Below, piece by piece: positions 12,684 to 25,012 of a DNA stretch of 64,000 nt. The notes under the pieces were generated by a model that searched no databases, had not been told where the DNA came from, and saw only the letters and a program-made list of their open reading frames with translations. Within the stretch, counting starts at the first letter, position 1. The number at the start of each line of letters is the position of its first letter. A program made the translations under genes and the position numbers. The stretch comes from Camelus ferus (Eukaryota), in NCBI RefSeq assembly GCF_009834535.1, contig NC_045697.1, forward strand, positions 11,100,001 through 11,164,000. The letters are read 5' to 3'.

Positions 12684-12697
12684 CCGGTAGATGGCAG
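12684..12697 (+). promoter_or_regulatory. CTCF-like motif
   Basis: ccggtagatggcag fits the CTCF core CCRSYAGRKGGCRS; motif only, no binding data. Confidence 0.45.
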
Positions 12698-12814
12698 TAA
12701 GCTGTCTTGGTCTACACAATCAGTTTATTACAACAATTTTCTAACAGATGGAGATAAAAGTATCTTGAGAGGGAGGCACTTTTTCCTAATTCCCATGGAG
12801 ACTCCATATGCGCT

Positions 12815-13050
12815 AACTGCAGTGCCCAGGCGTGGATTCAGACATACCTATGTTCAGACCCTAATTCCACTGATTACTCACTGTACGATCTTGGAAAAGT
12901 AATAAAACTGCTTCAAGGTTCAGACTCCTTACCTATAAAAAAGCTTAACTTCTTTTCTCATAGGGTAGTATCAAGGAGTCATTGAGACAATACAAGTAAA
13001 ACATTTAGCATGGCTAATGGCACAAAATAAGACCTAGATGTTATTTTATA
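12815..13050 (+). mobile_element. MIR SINE
   Basis: 'ggattcagacatacctatgttcagaccctaattccactgattactcactgtacgatcttggaaaagtaa...aaaacatttagcatggctaatggcaca'. Confidence 0.75.
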
Positions 13051-14639
13051 TCATTATAGTAATCACAATATTATATAATTATTATCATTGTTAAATGCTG
13101 CTGAAACCCTGATTCTTTTGTCGTTTCCAATCCAAGAAGGCAAATCATTCTCAAAATAAGTAGCATACGCAGATTATGCTTAAAAATATATTAATTATTT
13201 CAAACTGATAAAATATGTTTTATAGTTTGAGCACTTCAAAGTATTTTGTCTATTTCAAGTATTTGCATATAGATATCTTAAAATAACTTCCATATTTTGA
13301 TCTTTGGTGGAATGCAATTAGTGATTTTTTTTAACAATCCTGCCCAGTAATTACGTGCATCTTAAAAATAAAATGTAAAGGATTCATTTATTGTATTATA
13401 GTATATTATTTTACTTACTGATGTTTTCCTTGCAGAAAGTGTCCTGAGATGCAACCTGAGAAATAATGTTTTAGCGCGTTGGCCAAAATAGCACCTTCCC
13501 TTGTTCTCTCTGTTTCTTTGGTATTTCCTAAACAACAAACAACCTTTCCGAGTGCTGCTTCTTGAGTAATTGTTTTTTGTCAATGTTTTGTCAACTTGTC
13601 AATTGCTCACACCCAGCGTATGAATGTTCTCATAGCACAGCTGTCTACGCTCTGACGGAGGAACTCATCCCTTTGGAATGCTGCAGAATATGGCAGCCCT
13701 GTTTGACTGAGTCCTGTTTATGGCTAAGACAGTAGAGAGTGCATACATGGGAGATTTATTACCGCCACTTGGGCAAATTCTGATTTTGACAGAATTTTTT
13801 GAATACAGAATGCCGACCAGTGTAGAGACACAAATGAGCAGAACCTGTCCTTCAATATTTCATCCTGAGCTCCAGGTGTTTCCTTAAGGAAGGGTTGCTC
13901 TAATGCCATTAGCTTCTACCTCCAGCAAGGTACCCATTTTTCACCACCAATCTCATCATTAGGTCTTTCCCGTGAGCCGGCTTTTGTCTTATGTTTTCTG
14001 ATAAAGTTTCTCTCTTTCATAATTCCACATTTTAGAGCCCCACTGTCCTCTCTTGATAAACTCTGTCTTTTCCATTCACCTTCCATATCAGATATTCAGG
14101 CCAATTAACCTTCTGGACACCCTTGTTTTTTCCTTCTTCCATTCTCACTATACTCTATTACCATTCCGAGTACCTCTGATAATATTATTTGCTTCCGGTG
14201 GTCCACCTGATATGAAGACATGAACACTTAATTTGAGAAAAAAATCTGGTGATGAAATAAAAACAACTTTCTGCTCTGTGTATCTGCTGCGTTCAGTGTA
14301 GGCTGTGTGTGGCCAAAGGGAGAAGCATGGACAACTGAAGCCCACTGATAAAGGACCCCAGTCTTCTAGGCACTAGATTAAACCCCAATGATTCAGACCC
14401 CACTGATTCAGAACCTAAGCTAATTCATATGGAAGTCAAGCTTTCCTCTTATAATAGCTGTGATAAAAAAGAAAAGAGAAGCTAGCTAGATTCAAAGAAT
14501 AAGCAAGGCTGCAAAGAAGAATGTTTTACCCACTTAAAAAAGATAAACTAGGAGGAATGGCTAAAAGAAGGCTGGTTCTGGTTAAGAGAGGCGGATTCAT
14601 AATTAATGGAAGCAGGGATTTTCTGCCCAGAAACATCCA

Positions 14640-14850
14640 GGATTGTGGGTGGGCTTTGGAGTTGGAGGGCTCCGAGCTCCAATCTCAGACCCGACACTTG
14701 GTAGCTGTGACTCTGGCCTGGACCTTCCCAAGTCCCAGCCTCCTTGTTTGTGCAGTAGGGTGATGATAGCATCTCCTTCAAGGGCTGTCTTGAAAATCAG
14801 TAGAATATAAGTCATTATTATGAGAAGCACCCAGGGTGACTTGCATAGAA
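14640..14850 (+). mobile_element. MIR SINE
   Basis: 'gggctttggagttgg...cacttggtagctgtgactctgg...gtagggtgatgatagcatct'. Confidence 0.65.
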
Positions 14851-15239
14851 CCAAGTGGCCTTGGGAAGGGGACACCACCCAGTCTGGAGCCAGGGCCTCA
14901 ATCTTTCAACATTTTTCAGTGATTCTATGGATAGAATGAGATGTCTCTGAAGGCTGTTTCCATCCTTGAATTTCTTTATCCTGTGAAGTAACCAAGCATT
15001 CAAGGACTCTGTGCATTGAAATAGAATATGTAAAATCAATAGGTTAATTACAAAATACCTTCACCTTTTCTTTAAAGCAAATCTCCAAAGACTGGCTTCT
15101 AAATTACTATGACTTTCTCACATCTTCATTTTTTAAAAAAATGTGCTATAATTTGGAAATCTCTCTACCCTTTCTCTCTTTCGGTCTATTTCCCTGCTGG
15201 CCATCTTGGTTTAGAGTGCTGTAAATTCCATATTGACCG

Positions 15240-15652
15240 TGTGATATTAGCTCCTTCCGTCCAACACCTCTACTCCATTTTTATAATAGGATCCTACAAA
15301 CACACACTTTGCCATGCACCACTGCAGAACCTTCCTGAAAAATCAGTAGAACAAACTTTCCCACACCGCTGACTTTGGGGCGTAGCTGTGTGACTTGCTT
15401 TGGCTAAAAGAATATTAGGGGTTTGTCATGGCCTCGTATATATCTGTCACCCATCATAGGAAGAATGTGGCCTGGGTACACTGGCCCCTGAATGAACCTG
15501 ACCTACAGACTACAGGCAAACCCCACCTATCCCAGCAGAGCCAGCAGAGTTACAGCCAACTTGTAGACCTAAGAGCAAGAACTAAATATCTGTGATTCTA
15601 AGCCACTGAGATCTGGGGTTTGTATGCAGCATTATTATAATAATAGCTAACC
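15240..15652 (+). mobile_element. Old MaLR LTR (MLT1I/J-like)
   Basis: 'gctgtgtgacttgctttggctaa' and 3' end 'ttctaagccactgagatctggggtttgtatgcagcattattataataatagctaac'. Confidence 0.7.
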
Positions 15653-15774
15653 CTTCCCTGGACTATTAAATGAAAACAGACTACACTGAGTTGTGTCTCC
15701 TTGCCCTGGTTCTCTTCCCCAGTTCACACTTTACAACAACAGACAATATATCAGGCATTAAGAGGAAAAAAAAA

Positions 15775-16700
15775 AGGGAAAAATGGTGCAGTCGCTTTGG
15801 AAAAGAGTCTGCGAGTTCCCTCAAAAGGTTAAACATAGAGTTAGCATATGATTCCGCAAAACCACTACAAGGTATCTACACAAGAGAAAGGAAAGCATAT
15901 GTCCTCACACAAACTTGTACATGAGTGCTCCTAGCAGCATTATTCATAACAGCCCCAGGGGGAAGACAGCCCAAATATCCATCCATTGAGGCCTGGATAA
16001 ATCAAATGTGGTGGTCCACCCAGGGGCACAATATTTGATCATAAAGAGGAGTGAATTACTGATACACACTGTAACATGGGTGAACCTCGAAGACATGCTA
16101 AGGGAAAGAAGTCAGTCACAAAAGATCACCTGCTGTAGGTTTCCATTTACAAAATGTCCAGAATCTATGGAGACAGAAAGTAGGTTAGTGGTTGCCAGGG
16201 GCTGGGGGAAGGCAGTAAGGAACATGATGGTGACTGGCTTTGGAGTTTTCTGTGGGAGTGAAGAAAATGTCCTAAAATTGATTGTGGTGATGGCTGCACA
16301 GCTCAATGAATATAGTATTAACCACTGAATTGTGTACTTTTTTAATTGAAGTAGAGTCAATTTACAGTGTTGTGTTAGTTTCTGGTGTATAGCACAGCGA
16401 TTCAGTTATATATATATTCCTTTTCATATTCTTTTTCATTATAGGTTATTACAAGATATTGAATAGTTTCCCCTGCTATACAGTAGGACCTTGTTTATCT
16501 ATTTTATATATTGCAGTTAGTATCTGCAAAGCTTGAACTCCCGATTTATCCCTCCTCCCCTATTTCCCCTGGTAACCATAAGTTTGTTTTCTATGTCTGT
16601 GAGTCTGTTTCTGTTTTATAAATAAGTTTACTTGTCTCATGAATTGTGTATTTTAAATAGGTGAATTGTCTGATATGTGGATTGGGTCTCAGTACGGCTG
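15775..16700 (+). mobile_element. L1MB-type ORF2 end/3' UTR, split by a younger antisense L1
   Basis: 'aaatggtgcagtcgctttggaaaa...ttaaacatagagttagcatatga...gtggttgccaggggctggggg...ctaaaattgattgtggtgatggctgcaca'; resumes after 16654. Confidence 0.9.
16341..16639 (-). mobile_element. Younger cetartiodactyl-type L1 3' end
   Basis: 'ttaattgaagtagagtcaatttacagtgttgtgttagtttctggtgtatagcacagcgattcagtta'; TSD tgaattgtgtacttt (16326-16340) / tgaattgtgtatttt (16640-16654). Confidence 0.9.
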
Positions 16701-16859
16701 GTAGGTAAGATAAACGGAAAGAAAGGGGAAAAATCATTGCTGAATAGTGTGCACAGGAAGGAGATGAACAGTCGCCGGTAAGTGATCACTTTGGCGAAGC
16801 AGTGGGTCCCAGGCTCCGTGCTGGGATGGCCCCGGTGCCTGTATCACATCTGACCCTGC

Positions 16860-17330
16860 ACCTCTCCTGCTCAGGATCCTCAGGATGGAGCTCAGCCTCC
16901 AGGAAAGGCAGTCAAGCTTCCCTCGATCAGACTCTGCTTTAGCCCTGCAACCCCAGTCACTGCATTCTGACTGCCCGTGTCTCTGCTGGTGCCACGCCAT
17001 CTTTCTGACACCCAGCTGGGGACTTCCCTTTCGAGTACCAATAGTGTCCTCAGGTCCTCTCTGCATCTTCCCCTGAGAGGGGGGAAACTGCGTCCACTTT
17101 TTTGTGCATTTGCAATCAGAGTGAGTACACGTTACAGACTTTCTCAGCCTTCTCCTGCGCTAACCCGATAACTCTCCACTGATTTCTATTGTTCTATGTC
17201 TCACAGTGTACTCTGATTATTGCTCACTAGTCTGTCTTCCTTAGAGATAAAATCCTTGAGAGAAGTCTCTGTTTCTGGTATCCTTAGCCCTTCACACAGC
17301 ATCATAGCATCCAACAGACATTCAATATAA
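16860..17330 (+). mobile_element. L2 LINE 3' fragment
   Basis: 'cctctcctgctcaggatcctcaggatggagctc...' through 'acagcatcatagcatccaacagacattcaata'. Confidence 0.6.
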
Positions 17331-18789
17331 GTCTGTAATTAAAGCAGCTGATCTCAACTGTGCAGACAAAGCAAACTCAGAAGGCAGACGTTCTTGCTTT
17401 ATACATGAAGTTGTCTCCCAGCGGGTTAGGGAACTTGCTAGAGCCCCATAGCAAGTATTACAGCTGGGACTGAAACTCAGAGACGCAGCCTCAAATGCCA
17501 GCTCCTGCCCCTCCCTCACCAGCCGTGAAGACATTTCAACTAGATCAGATGAGAAACTCCACAGTAGATGAAAGCACTTTCCAGCTATTTATGCCTGAGA
17601 CTTATCTGGGAGGAAAACGGCTTCGAAGTTGTGCACCCTTAGGAGAGCAGGCACTGTTGATCCATCTTTGTCACTTGCTGTCTCATCCATCTCAGTCCCC
17701 CAGCTTGGTGAGCCCTCTTGCCAACTGGTACCCGGGAAAAACTATATAACCCCTCATGTGATCACCCTTCGAGGTGATTAATGTCCGCAGTTTCCTCTCA
17801 TGAGTCTGCAGGTCAAGTGAGAAAGATACTCCGGAGTCTGGTAAACACTATTCAATTCCTTTCACCTTGACAGTAGAGCTTATAAGCTGATTTGCAGAAC
17901 CTCAGGAATAAAGTACATCTACCACACAAGCCCAACATTTTAATGTAAAAAACTGTAATATACTTAATCACTCCTCTCAACTTGACTCCTCTTTTTCTCC
18001 CTTAAAATTTCTCTCTTTTTTTTTTTAAACTGAAAACTCCAAAATTGCTTTAGTTTTTTTTTGAACCCTGCCATGGCTGGAGCAATTTCATTTATATTTA
18101 TAGCTAAATTCCAACTGCATATATGCCATACATGATTAATTCACAGATGAAGGGCTCTGAAGTTTTGAATGTTCTCAGTAAGTACAAAGCAGGGCAGAGT
18201 TTAAAAATGGTAGCTGAAGCCAAAAATTTGAATTTATTAAAAAATATCAGAAATCACACAGTCTCTGGTTTAAAAATTTATGATCCCTTAGAAAACTACT
18301 ATTTTATGTAGAGAAGGAAAATATTAATCCTATGTTAACTAGACAGTGGCAAGAAGCCAAATCTCAGCTTCAAAGTTTCTTTCTTTGTATCTTCCTTTGG
18401 CATAGTGGGAATGTTACCCAGAATCCTCTGCTGTCAAGAGATGACTGTGGGACTTGGCCTCAGGGTGAGCTGGGGTAAGAACTGCAGGTTCAGCTGGGTT
18501 TATAGTGGGAATGAAATGCTTCCATCCCTCATGATGAAGTATAAGTTCACCCAAAATGTTCCTTGGAAAATATACGACCAAAGACTAATTGCTCTAACGT
18601 GTTATAAACTTCTCACTTTCCGTGGGTTTCTGAACACACAGACAGGCTGGCATAGATTTTAAAAAGTGTTTAACAGGTTTGTCTTAGACAAAGAGCAGCA
18701 AAACCATAACATACCTTCTACTTTTGGCAGAGAAAGCCAGTCTAAAGGGCGCATCTTTCTTCACGATGTGTGCGTTAAGACCCACCAGC

Positions 18790-18975
18790 AATCATGGGAG
18801 CAGCCGTAGACCCCGACTGCCTGGGTCTCAGCTCTACCACTCACCAGTTCTTAACCCCTGAGCCTCGGTTTCCTCATCTGTAAAATGGGGATAACAATGA
18901 TTGTGCCTACTGCACAAGTCTGTGCAAAGGACTTTGAACAGGGCTTAGCATAGAGAAAACATTGAATCATTATTA
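18790..18975 (+). mobile_element. MIR SINE
   Basis: 'ctgagcctcggtttcctcatctgtaaaatggggataacaat'. Confidence 0.88.
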
Positions 18976-19324
18976 ACTCTTCTTTTTCTTATCATTATTA
19001 CCAGAACTTAGAGACTGGCATAAAATACTGAAAATTAAACTAATAACAAATGCCATGGTAGCAAAGTGCCTTGGACGTAAGAGCTCTTAGGGACAGTATT
19101 TTAAGGAATTTATAAAGCTGGTGGCTGTAACAGAGAAAATATATGTTTTAAAGAATATTTATCTTTTCCCTTTACCCTGTGGATGGCTGGTTGGGGGTGT
19201 CGGTTCACTTTGCCCCCAGTTCTGCCCCCAAGGGTGGCCCGTGTCCTGGTTCTTTCTGAGATTGCTTGTTGACAGAGGAGAAAGTATGCTTCCCTCCAGA
19301 GGAGGTTTTTTCTGCTATTTAATC

Positions 19325-19590
19325 AGGTGAAGGAGTGTTTTAGAAGCACAATCTCTAGAACCAACATGCCTCATTTCTAATCCTGGTACCACCACTAACA
19401 AGCTGTGTGACCCCGAGCAAGTTTGTTGACCTCTCTATGCCAGGTTTCCCCATCTGTAAAATGGGGATAATGGTAGAATGTACCTGATGGAGCTTTGTGA
19501 GAGCTTAATGAGTTAATACACACCAAATATTCGGAACTGGGCCTGCAGTCTAGTAGATTCTCAATAGCATATTTGCTGTTATTATTATGT
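19325..19590 (+). mobile_element. MIR SINE, near full length
   Basis: 'actaacaagctgtgtgaccccgagcaagtt...gtttccccatctgtaaaatggggataat...gctgttattatt'. Confidence 0.9.
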
Positions 19591-19990
19591 ATCTTCTCCA
19601 CGTCTTGTCAGTTTGCTTAGTGGAATTCTTGCATTCATCCAGTAAACATTCACCAAGGGCTAACTATATGTTGGGGTTCATGCTGTATGTTGGGGTTGCA
19701 AAGAATCTAAATTCAGAACAATTTCTCTAAGATTATGTTCAGAAGGTGAAAATTTTTTCCTATTCTTTTGAGTAGTCATTTATACAATTTAAAAACAATA
19801 TTTTCTAGAACTATACTTGTAACATTTAGTAATTGTGAACAAATTTATGTTTATCTTTTAAAATACCAAACCTGCAGTGTCTAGCAACTGTTGGTATCTT
19901 CCTGACAGCATTGGGTTGTGCTATCTTTTTGTAAGTGGATACATTGAAAGACAGCCCCAAGGTTATCAGAGACATCTCAGATGCAGCTCC

Positions 19991-20666
19991 CTAGAATACT
20001 CCAATTCAAAAAGATATGCACACCCCAATGTTCATATCAATGCTATTTACAATAATCAAGACATGGAAGCAACCTAAATGTCCATCGACAGATGACTGGA
20101 TAAAGAAGATGTGGTATATATACACAATGGAATATTACTCAGCGATAAAAAGAATGAAATAATGCCATCTGCAGCAACATGGATGGACCTAGAGACTATC
20201 ACACTAAGTGAAGTAAGTCAGACAGAGAAAGGCAAATATCACATGATGTCACTTACATGTGAAATCTAAAAAAATGAGACAAATGAACTTATTTACAAAA
20301 CAGAAACAGACTCACAGACATAGAAAACAAACTTATGGTTAGTAAAGGGAAAAGAGGGGTAGAGGGATGAATTACGAGTTTGGGATTTGCAGATACACAC
20401 TACTGTATATAAAATAGATAAACAGCAAGGTGCTACTGTAGAGCACAGGGAACTATACTCAATAGCATGTAATAACCTATAATGGAAAAGAATATGAAAA
20501 AGATATACATATTATATATACATATATATTTATATATATATATACACATACACACACACACACATACACATACACACACATGGCTATGTACACCAGACTA
20601 TACCGTACACCAGAAACTAACACAATGTTGTGAATCAACTATACTTCAATTAAAAAAAGAAAAAAA
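19991..20666 (+). mobile_element. Cetartiodactyl-type L1, 5'-truncated, with internal (TA)n/(CA)n
   Basis: 'gacatggaagcaacctaaatgtccatcgacagatgactggataaagaagatgtgg', poly-A tail, degenerate TSD atgcagctcc / atgtggctcc. Confidence 0.93.
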
Positions 20667-23600
20667 ATGTGGCTCCTCCTGATATTTTAATTCATATGTT
20701 CCTATAATATTGTCATGTAAATGTTCACTCTCTCCTAGAAGACAGGACATCCCTCTCCATTCAAAGTTCTGCTCCCCAAACTGAAATTAAAAACCTTTCT
20801 GGAAATTCTCGTTTCTCCGTTCCTAGCATTTATGGTTCACCACATTCATGGGCAACCCAGTTTTTATCAACTTCCCTCCCACTTTTTTCCTATGTCCCAT
20901 ATCTTCTAAGGGATGTAAATTCATTTTGTCAACTCGATTGAAATAAACTCACATTTTATCTGGAGACTTTGGGAGGATTTTTATATCTGTGTTGTCACAG
21001 AGGGACTCTGTTATCTAGATCTGAGAAGGAGACACACTTCCCTTTTAATTCCCCACCAGGAGCCAGCCGTTCATTCACTCACAGGACTCTAATGTCCACT
21101 ACGGGCCAGGTGCTTGCTTATGGCGGTCGAGATGGGTAAGGTAAGATTATGTTAGATGCAACAGCTCCTAAGACGGTCGCCAGCCTCACTAGGACTTTGT
21201 TGCGACTCCAGTGTGGGCGTTAATCAGGTGTGTATTTTAAACACAATTCTTTGCTTTTACTTAAGTCATTAGCTCCCATGAATAAATTAAAGTGTTTTAG
21301 GCTTCCCATAACTCCCTTCACAAGCCCCTCCGGGAAACAAACTCCATCAGTGTTCCGTCCCTGTGAATGACAGTCCGGGGAAGAGCTGCAGCTGTTCCCA
21401 GGGTTAAAACTGGGCACCCAGGTGGAGCTGCCTCGCCCCCTCGGTTGGTCCTTTGGAGCCTGGGTTGCTGTCATCCTCCTTTATTTTTGAAACGTCCAGG
21501 CCTATCATAAAATACAAAAGCTGGAGCTATTTCCCCCAATAATGGGATTTATGCAGTCTCTCCTTGGCTTTCCCACGACCAGATCTAACCATGGCCTGTT
21601 TTCTCCTCTTGGCCGCAGGATCCACGTCAAAAGCCCCATGGACCTGGTCACTCAATCCTGGCCAAAGAACATCAGCAAAATACATGGTTTTACTTCACGA
21701 GGTGATGGCATGCCATAGGCAAAAATGTGTCACTAAGACGCCTTTCCCTCCAGAAACCTCATCAGCCCCTGTATCCAAAGAATGCTAGGAAGGCTCTACT
21801 TCCTTTTTTCAAGTAAAAAGAGTAATTTATTCTTCACATTAGCAATGCACACCCAAAGCATTTGAAACTAATGAACCTTGAAGAAACAAAATACCCTCTT
21901 TAGAACTTAAAAGCCCTAAACAGACTGGTTTATTCCAGGACCAGAAACTAGAACATCAAGTTTGAGCCCAAAGAGTATCCTTTGTTACTGAGTGAGAAGC
22001 TGTGAACAATCCTAAATATACAATAGCCAGGCTGGTAGCTTTGTACCCGCAGCCCCCACCCCTGTCGTCACTGGAGACTGCTACTTGTCCAGGGGCTGAG
22101 GGTGGGGCTGAGCTGACAGACAAACACCTGGAGGAGATGCTGAGGTCACCCCAGCCAGACCCAGGTGCCACTCGGGAGCATCCCCAAAGCTCTGCTGTCA
22201 GTGGGCTTTGGGAACAAAGAAACAGTTTTAATGAAGCCGTATCCCAAATTCACCAGGTGTGGAGCAGGAAGTCTCAGGAACGCCCACTTTTCAAGGGAAC
22301 GGGCTACTGTGTTGGCACTGGATTATACGCAGGCGTTCCCACAGCTCCCCCGAGGACATGGTTTTTATTTTTAGAGGAGCCTCCATTTGCTGACTGTCGT
22401 GAAGGGAACACTCAGGAGGCGCTATTAGCAGCCACTTGTTTCAGTAAACATTGAATGTAACATATGCCTCTCAAGTAATGTGTATCCAAACATACAATTT
22501 ACAAATAATTAACATCATGTTAATTAGTCACATTAATTTATGCCACTTTGTGGAATTATTTCCTCAGAGTGTTTAGGAACGCTGCCAGGAGCTTGAGCCA
22601 AACAGTGTGAAAATGTGCTCGAAGTTAACCGATGTGAGCGGCGGTGAAGCCCAGCTCCAGCTGCCGGTTACCGGGGCCCTGCAGCAGTATGGAAAACGCC
22701 CCTCTCGAAAGGCTGCTCTGCTTCTTGAAAACCACACCCTGCAGCTGCCCTATCACCCTTCCTGCCCCACACCTTCTTTTTCCTTCTTAGGTTTCTGCTG
22801 ATCATTGTGGAGGACCCCCTCTCACCACCCCCCAAACTGAGCAAAAGCCACCAGGTACACCCAGGTGGGTTGCCGCAGCCACCCTGGTGAGTCTTACCTG
22901 TGGTGATATTGACTGACAGCCGGTGTTTGGTGATGGAAAAATCAAACCAAACCTAACCGGGGAGTTATGACCTGTGAACAAAGCTTTGAAGATGTGAAAT
23001 GGCCAAAGTAAAGTGTTAATGATCCGAGTAAAGGGGGATCCATGTGGAGTCATCACCCGACTTTGAAACACAGCCACCCTCACTAAGACCACACCCCATT
23101 CTTCTCAAAGTGCTTAAAATCTGGAGAAAAGGATGGGACATCCAGGTGAGCAGCTGAGGAATAAAAAAGGAAGAGACAGAGAGAAAAGAGACTGTGTAGA
23201 CTTTGCAAACACAGTACAATTAGGCAGGAAACACAAACACACTCAGCAAGAAAATTAAGTCAGGGTGGCAGTGCCAATGGACATCCGGGCACCTGGGCTC
23301 ATTGTCATGGCTTAGTCTTGGTGGAAGGGAGCAAGACAGCTCTGTAATCTAGCTGGCCCACCATGATTTAGGAGTCTGAAATACACCGTGACTCCTCCTT
23401 CTCAGACCTGGTCTCTGTTCTCAGTGAGCCCAGAGGCGATTGCTTGTAAGATTTCTCTTACTGGAGTAACTAAATTGATAAGAAGAGATGAACTTCAGAG
23501 CTCTTCTCTGAACTTCACAGTATAAATTCTGGGAAGCCTCAGACAAGCCGTGCAATGCCATTCACGCTTCTGTTTGGGGTGACGGTATTCCGCCTGTGTT

Positions 23601-24984
23601 GATGATTCTAAATGAATTATAGATAAAAAGACGAAAAGTCTACAATCAAGTTATACTCCCAAGGTCCAAATATCAGTACTTGAATGAAAATTTAATGCAG
23701 ACAAGCATTTCTGTGTGAGAACATTGACCAGTATATGAACATTACAGACATTAGAAGGAATGGGAACCTAGAAATCTCTCTTGAGACTGTACGTCAGTGA
23801 AAAAGAGATTGAGTTGACTCACAACCTGATTCCTACCCTCCAAATCCCTGCTTTATCTACTTATTTGCAGAATAGTCCATTTTAAGTTGCCCTACCCCAC
23901 CCAAATTACAAGAAATTGAGAGTAAGTCAAGGGACAAAATGGTGAAGAGTCTATGGGGACAATGATGGGGGTGGGGGTGGGGCAGTGAGATATTAACACC
24001 CAGCATCATGCTGGTTCTCATGGAGATTAATGATTTAGTAGGAGAGGCAGGTGTGTTCATAAAAATATATAGATATATTTAAAGTATGATATAAATGTAT
24101 TGTGGGACCCAAAGGAAGCCATGATCCATTCAGAAAGTTAGAGAACTTTAGCACAGAGAAAGTTCCTTTCCAGGTATCTATTCCTTGCTATCTAAAGAGA
24201 GAAATTCTGAGCTTTATTTCCATGTGGACACATTGGTATGTAAAAGTAGATGGTATTTTTTCCACATAAGAAACCCTTGATTCATTGGTATGAGAATCAC
24301 ATTTAGCCTATAACTTCCCCAAAAGTCTTGGTTAATAACAATATATTTTAAGTGTTGCTTTTTAAATTTTATTTAGGGCCTATTTGATTCACTTTAACTT
24401 TGATTCAATTTGGTTCTCTTTAATATTTATCCAATAATGTTTCAGAATCCCAAAGAAGTGAATACATGAAAGCTATCCCCTAATGTCCAGGAGACCATTG
24501 AGAATATAAAAGCAGCAAAAAAATCATCCTAGGGTGTAAGGACGTTCTGAAACTTCAAAGAAATTCGAATGAAATCTGCACCTATTTTGCCCAATCTGAA
24601 ATTACACTCTGCGGGAGAAGCACTTCTCCCCATGCAGAAATCGGAAAATGCATTTGAAAAATAGATCCATATTTTAATTAAAAGGGGCCATTCTGAGCCC
24701 AGCAGGGAGAAGTGTGGCATTAATATTTGTGACACTAGCCACAGGGGCCAGGGGGACAAAGCGGGTCTGGCATCAGCCGCAGGAAGTCAAAGTTGATCCT
24801 TCTTGAAATCCAGATTCTCACAGATATTAAGGGATTTGTTCTTGCTTCAAAGTACTACCCAAAGACAAGGCACACTGATGGCAGGTCTAGAGACCCGTTA
24901 GGGGGGCTTAGGTGGGATCAAAGTTTAAGCAGGATAGTGCTTCTCGAGAACAAAAATGCTCAGGGATGTAGATGAGTGCAAGTC

Positions 24985-25012
24985 TGTGTGTGTGTGTGCA
25001 CACGTGTGTGTG
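24985..25012. repeat. (TG)n/(CA)n alternating purine-pyrimidine tract
   Basis: tgtgtgtgtgtgtgcacacgtgtgtgtg. Confidence 0.85.
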
